A DNA stretch of 64,000 bases from IMG/VR virus record IMGVR_UViG_3300009177_000028, positions 62,001 to 126,000 of that record; one strand, 5' to 3'. How positions within the stretch are numbered: position 1 is the stretch's first letter; each line of letters opens with the position of its first letter. Below the pieces are notes generated by a model. It worked only from the letters and a program-made list of their open reading frames with translations, did not search any database and was not told the origin of the DNA. Below are positions 47,652 to 56,456 of the stretch, in pieces. A program made the translations under genes and the position numbers.

Positions 47652-48938
47652 TTAGGTGCCTAAAGGTAGAAGATTGTACGGCATTATAGATCCATCCCAG
47701 GGCCATAATACACCGTTACCTACGTGTATAAATTCTCCATTATCACCCACTAAATGAAAGTTGGGAACGTTGGTGCTCGTGAATGCTATTCTAGTTAATT
47801 TGGCTCTAGCTAAAGAGTATTGGCCAGCGGTAGAAATTGAAGATATTAATGCGTCTGAATAAATTATTTTACCGGTTCTAATTTGTGTTCCTAAAAGACC
47901 TGATAAATTTGGACCAACAGTGTACAGCGTCCCGGTAACACCATCTCCAACGAAATTTTTAGTCATTAATTGGCAAGTTCTAGTGGTCCCATCGAACCCG
48001 GCCATAGCAAAACTAGTGCTATGAGAGTCGGTACCTACAGCGGCTGTTAAATTATTACCGCCAACCATCATGGTTAGTGGGTTCGTATCTTGCGCTTGAG
48101 TATAGAACCTTTGAGGAACAAGCACATAGAAATATAGCCCTGCTGCTGCGTTAGAATTTGGAGATCTAATGTGTCCTAGAAGAAAATCAGTATCACCTAT
48201 TAGCGTGATATTGCCTATATTTCCCGCAGTGGTTCCAGTGAAATTGACTGTTGAGGCGGTAACTCTTTCAGTGATGGTGGTACCTGTAAAGGCGCTGCCA
48301 GTCCAAGTGCCCGGTGGAGATCCAACTACCCCAAACTGTCCGAATGGAGTGGAAGAGCCTCTTAGCAACATTTGAAATTGACTGCTGGCTTGGCCCGTGT
48401 TGACGCCAGAGGCGCCCGATAAAGTTCCTACCCAATAATTACCGCTAGCAATGCCTAACTGAGAAGCTGCGACGACATCTATTACTCTATAGTTGAGAGC
48501 TGAACGAGAAGTTAAATTATTTTTAAGTGTAGTAATATCTCTTGTCCCGCCACTAAATACGGATAGTTGTAATTGAGTTTGTGTTGGCACCCCGATAATT
48601 CTATAAATAGAATTATCTGTGCTATCTGGATCAGTGGTAGACCAAATAGTGATGTGCTTACCAATCATTGTTGAGTTAAAGTTGGCGGATGGAGAATTAA
48701 AATTAATTCCAAGATCCGAAGTTACCCCATCACTGCCTGTTGCCAATACCGAAGCACCTTCAAAAAAACCGGCTGGCGCGCTAGTTGGTGTGGCGGGCAT
48801 TCCACCTGGAGTGGTTAGAGAGGATGTTCCATTTATACAATATCCCCAGAACTCATAACAAATTCTTAGGAAGATAGGAATGTCCCTTCCATTAGTTCCT
48901 GTAATATACTGTAATGCTCTTAGATATTTTCTAGCCAT
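47652..48938 (-). CDS. Virion-type scaffold protein class A3 (no plug-in modules)
   Basis: A scaffold: YEFWGYCINGT, INYRV.D, NTGQASSQ, GQYSLAR.KL, GEFIH.GNG..WPWDG. Confidence 0.72.
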   Translation of the reverse strand: MARKYLRALQYITGTNGRDIPIFLRICYEFWGYCINGTSSLTTPGGMPATPTSAPAGFFEGASVLATGSDGVTSDLGINFNSPSANFNSTMIGKHITIWSTTDPDSTDNSIYRIIGVPTQTQLQLSVFSGGTRDITTLKNNLTSRSALNYRVIDVVAASQLGIASGNYWVGTLSGASGVNTGQASSQFQMLLRGSSTPFGQFGVVGSPPGTWTGSAFTGTTITERVTASTVNFTGTTAGNIGNITLIGDTDFLLGHIRSPNSNAAAGLYFYVLVPQRFYTQAQDTNPLTMMVGGNNLTAAVGTDSHSTSFAMAGFDGTTRTCQLMTKNFVGDGVTGTLYTVGPNLSGLLGTQIRTGKIIYSDALISSISTAGQYSLARAKLTRIAFTSTNVPNFHLVGDNGEFIHVGNGVLWPWDGSIMPYNLLPLGT

Positions 48939-48947
48939 ATTATTCCT

Positions 48948-49517
48948 TTATTGAATCCATCGCCCTACAATAGTTATATTGTCTAATGAATTGGTGCTTG
49001 GGGCGGTCTTATATACATCATTTTCCACATTTGGCGGATTACGATTAGGATCAAATAACTCTGGTCGACCAGTAATATTCTCAACAATAACCCAAGTTTC
49101 ATATTGTTGTGTTGATGTATTATATCCTCTAAGTTTGTAATAGATCCTTTGATCTTTTGGATGATCAATAACGGAATCAATGTCTACATCTTCTTCTGAA
49201 CGATTTTCAAGAAGTTGAATGCCTGCAAAATTAGTTGTGTATCCTGCATATGGTGAATTAACAAAGCTAGCAACAACAATGAAAGAGTTTTCAGTGGCGG
49301 CAAAATTAGTTGTGTATCCTGCATACGGAGAGTTATTAAAAAATGCAAGTGTACTTTGCATATCAAAACCTCCCCAATTAAGAAAATTTCCTTGGAAACG
49401 CCCATCTGTAAAATGTAAATTAACAACAGTAGTGTACCCATCCCACTTCGCTACAGATCCGAAATCGGGCGTATCCAACATTATTTGTGTTGCTGATAAA
49501 ATTTGACCTACTGCCAT
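48948..49517 (-). CDS. Small virion-type protein, class C, with internal 25-aa duplication
   Basis: NSPYAGYTTNFA twice; IYYKLRGYNTSTQQYETW...SLDNITIVGRW. Confidence 0.7.
   Translation of the reverse strand: MAVGQILSATQIMLDTPDFGSVAKWDGYTTVVNLHFTDGRFQGNFLNWGGFDMQSTLAFFNNSPYAGYTTNFAATENSFIVVASFVNSPYAGYTTNFAGIQLLENRSEEDVDIDSVIDHPKDQRIYYKLRGYNTSTQQYETWVIVENITGRPELFDPNRNPPNVENDVYKTAPSTNSLDNITIVGRWIQ
49225..49325. repeat. Perfect 26-nt direct repeat, 75-nt period
   Basis: GCAAAATTAGTTGTGTATCCTGCATA at 49225-49250 and 49300-49325. Confidence 0.9.
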
Positions 49518-49526
49518 TGATTATCC

Positions 49527-51806
49527 TTATGGTACTACCGCTGGCCCATTCCAAGGTATGTAGATTCCTCTTCTCATATGTTGAAAAGATGATCCTCTTA
49601 ATACTGTTCCGCCAGCGGTAAAAGCTCCATTTCCAGTCGTTCCATTTAATGTAAACTGAGTATTGTTAATCACTGTAACTACGAAAGTTCCATTGGCTGC
49701 CGTATTTCCACCAACTCCACTAATTGCCACCGTTTGACCGGTTACCAGCGTATTAGTAGCGGTAGTTGTGATTTGAATTGGAGAAACTCCATTTCCACTA
49801 GTAGTTGAAACGCTCCAGCTTGCCGAGTCAGTTGTCAATGTATAATCACCAAAATTAGTTCTTCCATTCTTGATGAATGGAAGCGTGCCCATTGCCTTAG
49901 GATAAAACGGATAGCTAATTGAGTTTGTAATATCGTGCCAAGTATTTACTACGCCAGCCACCAAATCGACTGGTAAAAGTTCGGTTGATGAAGTAAATGG
50001 AGAGTCTCCGGCCGAGCCATCAAACATTGGGCTAGCTCCCTGTACAACACCACTTAAATAAGTTAGAGAGGATGGAGAGCAAGAAATAGGTACCCACTTA
50101 AATGCCGCTCCCTGAATAGAGACAGTAACATAATGTCCAACAAACAAACTTACATCGTTAGTTCTTCCATTTCCTAAGTTGTTACTAGCCCCATTACCTA
50201 ATGCATATAGTCTTTCAACATTATCCAATGGGAGTGGCGCTGGCTCATTATCCGGAATTCCAAAGGTCAAATAAAATGATGGGGGAGAACCTGCATTCAG
50301 TGGCCTTCTGGCAAAAATATGAAAACTTTGTCCAGTGTCATCTCCAATTAGCGTCATTCTAAATTGTGGGCCTGCACCAGCATTATCACCACATCCCGTA
50401 GAAGTATTGAAGAGGGCGCTAGAAGTATCGTAATACAATGCGCCATGCAAATGTCGACCACCTACTGGAAAATCTCCGGCAGAGTTTCCAGCAAACCCAG
50501 GGGCGAATGTTATTAAAGCTGTGTTAAAATTGCTGTTAGAATCTGTAGCAGTTTCATTGCAAATTCTTACTTGGTACCCCGTAGAATGTGGGCTTTGTAA
50601 TATGATTCTTGGAGTAGTTGATGTTCCGTAACCACGATAACCAGTTCCACCGTTATTGGCGCCCTGTGTTGGACAATTAATATCTTTATCATAAAGATAC
50701 CATGGAACTGTATCAGTATTTTCTACTAGTGCTAAATCGCCATTTCCTCTATAATCTACTACAAATTTGTTTTGATTATAGATTGGCTCACCAGTAGCTA
50801 ATGTGCCGGTGCCACTGGAACAACCTGTAAATGCGATCTGAGTAACCGCTCCACCAGTAGACATAGTTCCTGTTCCACCGGAACAACCAGTGAACTGCGT
50901 ACCACCAGACGTGCTGGTGTAAGTCACCGTTTGGGCACCTGCGCTCGTGGTAACTGTAATGGTTCCGCTGCCCAAGAATCCAGCAGTAGAGGCAACGTTA
51001 ATAGTGCCTTGTGGAAGAACTTGTCCGTTTGAACCGGCAGCAATAGTTGTGCTAGCATTCTGTGTTCCGGTATAGTTAATTGTTTGAATATTATTGCTTG
51101 AAAAAACCGTGCCACCAGTAAACATAGATCCGGCACCGCCTGTACACCCAGTGAATTGAGTACCAGCGTTTAATCCTGTATAAGTGATTGTTTGACTTCC
51201 TGTTGTTGACAATAAAATTATTGATCCTGAATTTGGGAACCCCGTGGTAGAGGCTACGTTAATGGTGCCAGTTGGTAGCGCTACGCCATTGGAGCCAGAT
51301 GCAACGGTGGTGTTAGGTCCAGCAAAAAAACTTCCGCTGGCTGGAAATCCAGAAACTGAAGCTGCATAAATGGTTGCCGTAGGTAAAGATACAGCATTCG
51401 AGCCCGCTGCTACGGTTGTAGTATTACCTTGCTGCAATGCGGTAATTAAAAACAATCCAGAGTTTCTATAAGGATAAAGGGGGCTTTTAAGAACTAAAAT
51501 TCTGCCGATATCAGCAGAGATAACCCCTCTAACAGAAACTGGTATTGAAACTTCAATTGCAGCGCCGTTGTTAGCAATACCGGCTTTATTACCTACTGGG
51601 AAAGTTGGAGTATTAGCCGTGGGTGTAGTGTCGCCTGTTGCAAATAATAATTGTCCAACAGCGTTTATGTTATAATTAGTATCTCCAACATATGTGAAAC
51701 TCAAAATTCTTCTTAAGAAAATAGATGACACATAGGAATTAATCCATGGCCTATTTCCTGTAGTTACGTTTTGTGTGAGATAATCTCGGCAAAGATGAAC
51801 AACCAT
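49527..51806 (-). CDS. Virion-type scaffold protein class B2 with three nested module X and one module Y
   Basis: B scaffold closely paralogous to 53400-54851 (VGDTNYNIN, RI.LQSPHSTG.QVRIC, GDDTGQ, NEPAPLP, QGASPMFD, QH.RRG.YIPW.GP). Confidence 0.72.
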   Translation of the reverse strand: MVVHLCRDYLTQNVTTGNRPWINSYVSSIFLRRILSFTYVGDTNYNINAVGQLLFATGDTTPTANTPTFPVGNKAGIANNGAAIEVSIPVSVRGVISADIGRILVLKSPLYPYRNSGLFLITALQQGNTTTVAAGSNAVSLPTATIYAASVSGFPASGSFFAGPNTTVASGSNGVALPTGTINVASTTGFPNSGSIILLSTTGSQTITYTGLNAGTQFTGCTGGAGSMFTGGTVFSSNNIQTINYTGTQNASTTIAAGSNGQVLPQGTINVASTAGFLGSGTITVTTSAGAQTVTYTSTSGGTQFTGCSGGTGTMSTGGAVTQIAFTGCSSGTGTLATGEPIYNQNKFVVDYRGNGDLALVENTDTVPWYLYDKDINCPTQGANNGGTGYRGYGTSTTPRIILQSPHSTGYQVRICNETATDSNSNFNTALITFAPGFAGNSAGDFPVGGRHLHGALYYDTSSALFNTSTGCGDNAGAGPQFRMTLIGDDTGQSFHIFARRPLNAGSPPSFYLTFGIPDNEPAPLPLDNVERLYALGNGASNNLGNGRTNDVSLFVGHYVTVSIQGAAFKWVPISCSPSSLTYLSGVVQGASPMFDGSAGDSPFTSSTELLPVDLVAGVVNTWHDITNSISYPFYPKAMGTLPFIKNGRTNFGDYTLTTDSASWSVSTTSGNGVSPIQITTTATNTLVTGQTVAISGVGGNTAANGTFVVTVINNTQFTLNGTTGNGAFTAGGTVLRGSSFQHMRRGIYIPWNGPAVVP

Positions 51807-53145
51807 ATTAAAACCTTTAGAATGGAAACAGTGTGTACGGTAAAACGGTTTTATCCCAAGGTAATGCAGCTCCCTGAGATATTAATATAAAGTCTCCGTT
51901 TGAACTAAACCTAGTAAATTGTGGCATAAACACGTTAGCAAATCTTGCATTTCTCAATCTCACTCTAGCTAGTGAATATTGGCCGACAACTCCTGGCAGG
52001 GTTAAGAATCCTGGTGAATTAAGTAGATTTCCAGTGAACGGATTGGCCCCAGCCCTAAAATCACTTAAAGAATTGCCTGGAGGATTAGCTATATTGGGAA
52101 CAGTAGAACTAGCATTTCCATCTCCAATTAATGCTTTCACTGACGTTCTATATCCTCTAGCAACACCATCCGCTGCCTTCATTACAAATCCACCACCGTA
52201 TCCGGTACTAGTACTTGTTGTAGTAAATTGGGGAGAGACGTTGCCTCCTTGTATTTCTATTGCAATTGGATTAAGATCTTGAGATTGAGCATATAACCTA
52301 TCAGGTATTTCCATGTGGATATGAAATCCGCTACCATTAGGATTTCCAGTATCTTTGCTGTGGCATATTATATAGCTTCTATCGCCCCACATATTAATGG
52401 ACATAGTTCCGCTCGACCCGCCTGCGTTTGTTAAAGCTGGTCCCGTTACAACTCCTGTGCCATCAGTGAATGCTGAGCCGTTCCAGGTCCCACCAGGAGA
52501 AATATTGTAATTCCATCTACCTGTTGGGATACCACCACCCTGATCATTCATAATAATTTGTATTTGAGAGGTGGCTTGACCAGCATTTATACCCGTTGGA
52601 TCAAACTGGAAAACAAGATAGTTACCATTATTTGTTGCTCCTGATGTTTTACCAGCATCTCCCATATCAACTACTCTATAGTTAATTGATGATCTAGAAG
52701 TAAATGATGGTTTATATCCATCTGGTGGGCTCGGGGTACCACCATTATTTACATTAATAACAATATTATTAGTTGACTTAAAAGCTATTATATTATAAAT
52801 CGAATCTTCTGTACTATTAGATCCAGGTTTCCAAGTTACTAGTTGTTTACCAACCATATTAGAGGTAAATGGAATAGTAGAAGCCGAAAAGAAATCACTA
52901 TAACCGTCAGTTCTAAATATTGTTGTTGGATTAGTATATCCATCAGAGCCCATTGCATTGATTCTGTTACTAGTTACGTTGTTTCCAGTAGACATGGTAC
53001 CCGTTCCACCAGTACATCCAGTAAATTGGGTGCCAGCATTTAAACCAGTATAAGCAACGGTCTGCGTTCCAGTGCTCGTATATACGAAAATGGTTCCGCT
53101 GGTTGGAAAGTTAGTAGTAGAGGCAACGTTAATAGTGCCTTGTGG
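50985..53145. repeat. Identical 30-nt segment shared by module X copies in two genes
   Basis: AGTAGAGGCAACGTTAATAGTGCCTTGTGG at 50985-51014 and 53116-53145. Confidence 0.85.
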
Positions 53146-53385
53146 TAAAGAGACTCCGTTTGAACCTGCCGCAATAGTAGTTGCTATTCCAGTAAAATTT
53201 GCCGGAAAATTAGATGGTGTAGTAGAGGCGAACCCACCTGGAGTGTTAAGTGATGAAGTTCCATTACAGCAGAATCCAAAAAACTCATACATAAATTTAA
53301 AAGCAAAGACCGGCCCGGCCCCGGAATTGCCTCCGCCAACAATGCCGCCCGTAAATATAAGACCTCTTACAAATTTATTTGCCAT
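51817..53385 (-). CDS. Virion-type scaffold protein class A2 with one module X
   Basis: YEFFGFCCNGT, VGK.LV.WKP.SNS.EDSIY, INYRVVDM, GQYSLARVRL, GDFI.I.QG..LPWD. Confidence 0.72.
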   Translation of the reverse strand: MANKFVRGLIFTGGIVGGGNSGAGPVFAFKFMYEFFGFCCNGTSSLNTPGGFASTTPSNFPANFTGIATTIAAGSNGVSLPQGTINVASTTNFPTSGTIFVYTSTGTQTVAYTGLNAGTQFTGCTGGTGTMSTGNNVTSNRINAMGSDGYTNPTTIFRTDGYSDFFSASTIPFTSNMVGKQLVTWKPGSNSTEDSIYNIIAFKSTNNIVINVNNGGTPSPPDGYKPSFTSRSSINYRVVDMGDAGKTSGATNNGNYLVFQFDPTGINAGQATSQIQIIMNDQGGGIPTGRWNYNISPGGTWNGSAFTDGTGVVTGPALTNAGGSSGTMSINMWGDRSYIICHSKDTGNPNGSGFHIHMEIPDRLYAQSQDLNPIAIEIQGGNVSPQFTTTSTSTGYGGGFVMKAADGVARGYRTSVKALIGDGNASSTVPNIANPPGNSLSDFRAGANPFTGNLLNSPGFLTLPGVVGQYSLARVRLRNARFANVFMPQFTRFSSNGDFILISQGAALPWDKTVLPYTLFPF

Positions 53386-53399
53386 TCACTTCTCCAAAA

Positions 53400-54851
53400 T
53401 TATGGTATGATATTAGGCCCAGCCCAAGGGATATACAAGCCTCTTCTTAAATGCTGATAAGCTCTTCCATTTTCTGTAGTCGGAGAAAAATCTCCAAAGT
53501 TAGTTCTCCCTGAGCGGAGATGTGGAATAGTTCCCATTGGTCTTGGTGAATAAGGATACACTTGAACAGTTTGGTTTCCATATGATGAAAGAGTTCCTTG
53601 TACCAAGTCTATTGGTAATAATTCTGTTGCATTGGTAAATGGGGAGTCCCCTCCGTTGCTGTCAAACATCGGACTTGCTCCTTGCGCAACTCCCGTTACA
53701 TAGGTCCAAAAAGAGGCTGCAAGTTGAACTGGGACACCGAAAGTTGTCGCACTCATTCCTTGGGCGGCGCCTCGTGATAAGAAGAAGCTATTAGCTGGGG
53801 AACCTAACATTTGAAATAAAGCCCCATCATTAACTGATCTACTACCGAAACCATCGTCTCCAGTAAAACCTGAACCTAACACAAATAATCTGGCTACAGT
53901 GTTAACTGGTAATGGCGCTGGCTCATTTTCAGCCAATCCAAAAGTTACAATATTAGAGTCTGGTTGGGTTGCATTACCGGGACGCCTACCATATACGGTA
54001 ACCCCTTGTCCAGTGTCATCTCCTACCATGGTTATTCTAAATTGAACTCCAGAAGTTCCTCCGTCCCCAAATCCAGGAGCACCTCCGAGATAAATTGTAC
54101 TACTACTATTAAACCACATTGGAGCATGGAAGTGTTGTCCGAATGCCGGAAAATCTCCTGCGGCTGTTCCACCAAATCCTGGAGCAACAGTCATACGAGG
54201 ACAATTTCTATTGCTAAGGTTACTGGCATAAGAGCCGCTTCCCTCATTACAAATTCTTACTTGCCATCCTGTAGAGTGTGGACTTTGAAGAACAATTCTT
54301 GGAGTATTAGAAGTAAGATCACTTAAATATTCAGCGCTTGTTTTAGTATTGCTACCACCGCTAGTTGGACAGTTTAGATCTTTTTCATATATGTACCAAG
54401 CAATACTATCGGCAGCTTCTACTGGAGGAGGATCTCCTAAAGTTCTATAATCAATAACATAAGAATTTGTACTAGTTTCAAATCCAAGAATCAAAAAAAT
54501 TCCTGAATTATAGCGTGGAAAAGCTGTACTTCTAAGTACCAATAATCTACCGATATCAGCAGAAGTTACTGTTCTTACAGATACAGGAATAGAAACATAA
54601 AATTCTTTTTGTGCTCCCAAGTTAATTCCAGCTTTGCTGCCCGTTGCAAAAGTAGGCGTTCCCGTGGGAGTAGAATCACCAGTCGCAATTAATAAAGTGC
54701 CTATAGAATTAATATTGTAGTTAGTATCACCAACATAAGAATATAACAACACTCTTCTTAGAAAGATACTTAACAAGTAAGTATAAATAAACTCTCTATT
54801 TGAGTTTGTAATATTTTGTGTTTGATAGTCTCTGAGTAAATGTATCGCCAT
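53400..54851 (-). CDS. Virion-type scaffold protein class B1 (no plug-in modules)
   Basis: Minimal B scaffold, 483 aa; aligns by eye with B2 and B3 across its length. Confidence 0.72.
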   Translation of the reverse strand: MAIHLLRDYQTQNITNSNREFIYTYLLSIFLRRVLLYSYVGDTNYNINSIGTLLIATGDSTPTGTPTFATGSKAGINLGAQKEFYVSIPVSVRTVTSADIGRLLVLRSTAFPRYNSGIFLILGFETSTNSYVIDYRTLGDPPPVEAADSIAWYIYEKDLNCPTSGGSNTKTSAEYLSDLTSNTPRIVLQSPHSTGWQVRICNEGSGSYASNLSNRNCPRMTVAPGFGGTAAGDFPAFGQHFHAPMWFNSSSTIYLGGAPGFGDGGTSGVQFRITMVGDDTGQGVTVYGRRPGNATQPDSNIVTFGLAENEPAPLPVNTVARLFVLGSGFTGDDGFGSRSVNDGALFQMLGSPANSFFLSRGAAQGMSATTFGVPVQLAASFWTYVTGVAQGASPMFDSNGGDSPFTNATELLPIDLVQGTLSSYGNQTVQVYPYSPRPMGTIPHLRSGRTNFGDFSPTTENGRAYQHLRRGLYIPWAGPNIIP

Positions 54852-54860
54852 ATTTCCTCG

Positions 54861-56411
54861 TTAGGCTCCGTAGAATAGAATTTGGTTTACATAAATGGTA
54901 TTATCCCAAGGCCAGCAAATTCCATTTTGTAATTGGATAAATTCTCCATTTAATCCGATTCTATGATTCTTTGGTACGTGTGTTCCGGTAAATTTTACTG
55001 TTCTTAATTTAACTCTAGCCAACTGATATTGATTTGTAACTCCGGGAAGACACAATAGTCCATCTGAAATCGGAATTGTACCAGCAGTTGTATTATAACC
55101 AATTTTATAATCAGTTAAGTTTTGTCCGAAAACGTCAGGGGTACCATCACCTCTTAAAGCTTTAACTAAAGTTCTATAAGATCTTGCTGTCGTGGAGTCT
55201 CCAGAATGGGTGCGCATGACAAATCCACCACCATAGCTTGCAGTAGTGCTTGAAGTATATACGCTGCCAGTGTTAAATGTGTGACCCATAAAAGCTACGG
55301 GATGAAGATCTGCTCCTTGAGGATATAATCTTGTTGGAATTTCAAAGTGAAAACTGCTGTGTAAATTAGCTTGAAACAAATCTTGCTCTCTAATATGAGC
55401 AATTAGAAATGTTTTATCTCCAATCATAGTTACCGCAGTTTGTCCACTAGTATATGCTTGACTGGTATTTGGGTTATAACTAAACAGACATTGATAACCA
55501 TCATTCTGGAATCCGTTATAAACAGTTCCACTGTTTGCGGTATAAGTGCCGTTACCTGTAGAGCCAGTCAATGTAAATGTAGTAGATCCAGTTACAGTCA
55601 CGAGCCATTGGCCGTTAGCCGCAGTATTACCTAAAGCTCCAACAATATTAACGGTTTGAGCGGTTGTGAAGTTATGAGGTGAAGCTGTAGTGCATGCTAT
55701 CGGGGAGGCGTTGGTTGCAGCAGTAATTGTTAAAGGTACACCTGACCAAGAGCCGGTTCCTGAAATGCCGACTCCTAGGGTGGCGCTGGTGTTTGTGCCA
55801 AGATTAGCTATTTGAATCTGTGAATTTGCTTGTCCAGGGTTAATGCTTGGAGCATCAGTTTGCAGGATCATAAAATTTCCATTGCCAGCCGATGTTGCTA
55901 AGGCATCTGATCCCGTTTCCATATCTACAACCCTATAAACAACACCAGAACGTGCATTCATAGAAGGGTGTTTGGTAGTCGGGTTAGGAAACCCTCCAGT
56001 ATTGATATTAACAATAATTTGATTGCTAGAAACAACCCTACTAATTATATACATAGAGTCTTCAGAACTATTAGAATTTGGCACCCACATGACTAGCATT
56101 TTACCAGCCATAGTTGGGCTAAAAGGCGCTGATGAAGTAGTGGTAAATAAGCAATCTCCGCTAACTAAATCTCCGCTGACTGCAACATGTGATCCATCAG
56201 TGCCTGAAGCCATTAAACTGGTTCCACCAGTAAAATTGGTAGGAAGAACGGTGCCGTTATTAGATGCAAATCCGCCAGGAATTGTTGGGGAAGCGGTTCC
56301 GTTAATACAAAACCCCCAAAATTCATACGTCCATTTCATTCTCCAAGCAACACCTCTGCCTCCGGCGTTTGCGTTGGGATAGACCATTCCTCGAATAAAT
56401 TTCATACCCAT
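54861..56411 (-). CDS. Virion-type scaffold protein class A1 with one module Y
   Basis: YEFWGFCINGT, YRVVDM, INPGQANSQ, NQYQLARVKL, GEFIQLQNG.CWPWD. Confidence 0.72.
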   Translation of the reverse strand: MGMKFIRGMVYPNANAGGRGVAWRMKWTYEFWGFCINGTASPTIPGGFASNNGTVLPTNFTGGTSLMASGTDGSHVAVSGDLVSGDCLFTTTSSAPFSPTMAGKMLVMWVPNSNSSEDSMYIISRVVSSNQIIVNINTGGFPNPTTKHPSMNARSGVVYRVVDMETGSDALATSAGNGNFMILQTDAPSINPGQANSQIQIANLGTNTSATLGVGISGTGSWSGVPLTITAATNASPIACTTASPHNFTTAQTVNIVGALGNTAANGQWLVTVTGSTTFTLTGSTGNGTYTANSGTVYNGFQNDGYQCLFSYNPNTSQAYTSGQTAVTMIGDKTFLIAHIREQDLFQANLHSSFHFEIPTRLYPQGADLHPVAFMGHTFNTGSVYTSSTTASYGGGFVMRTHSGDSTTARSYRTLVKALRGDGTPDVFGQNLTDYKIGYNTTAGTIPISDGLLCLPGVTNQYQLARVKLRTVKFTGTHVPKNHRIGLNGEFIQLQNGICWPWDNTIYVNQILFYGA

Positions 56412-56435
56412 TTAGATCTCCAAACTATTGCTTAA

Positions 56436-56452
56436 ATACCTAAATATTCGGT
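56436..56452 (-). promoter_or_regulatory. Candidate phage late promoter (variant)
   Basis: Minus strand ACCGAA-TATTTA-GGTAT in the largest internal gap of the array, 25 nt before the A1 ATG. Confidence 0.35.
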
Positions 56453-56456
56453 GATG

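Noticed and set aside
44891-56411. Diversity-generating retroelement as the source of variation
   Set aside because: There is no reverse transcriptase in the window. Differences flanking the 26-nt and 30-nt repeats are not adenine-specific, and no TR/VR pair was seen.
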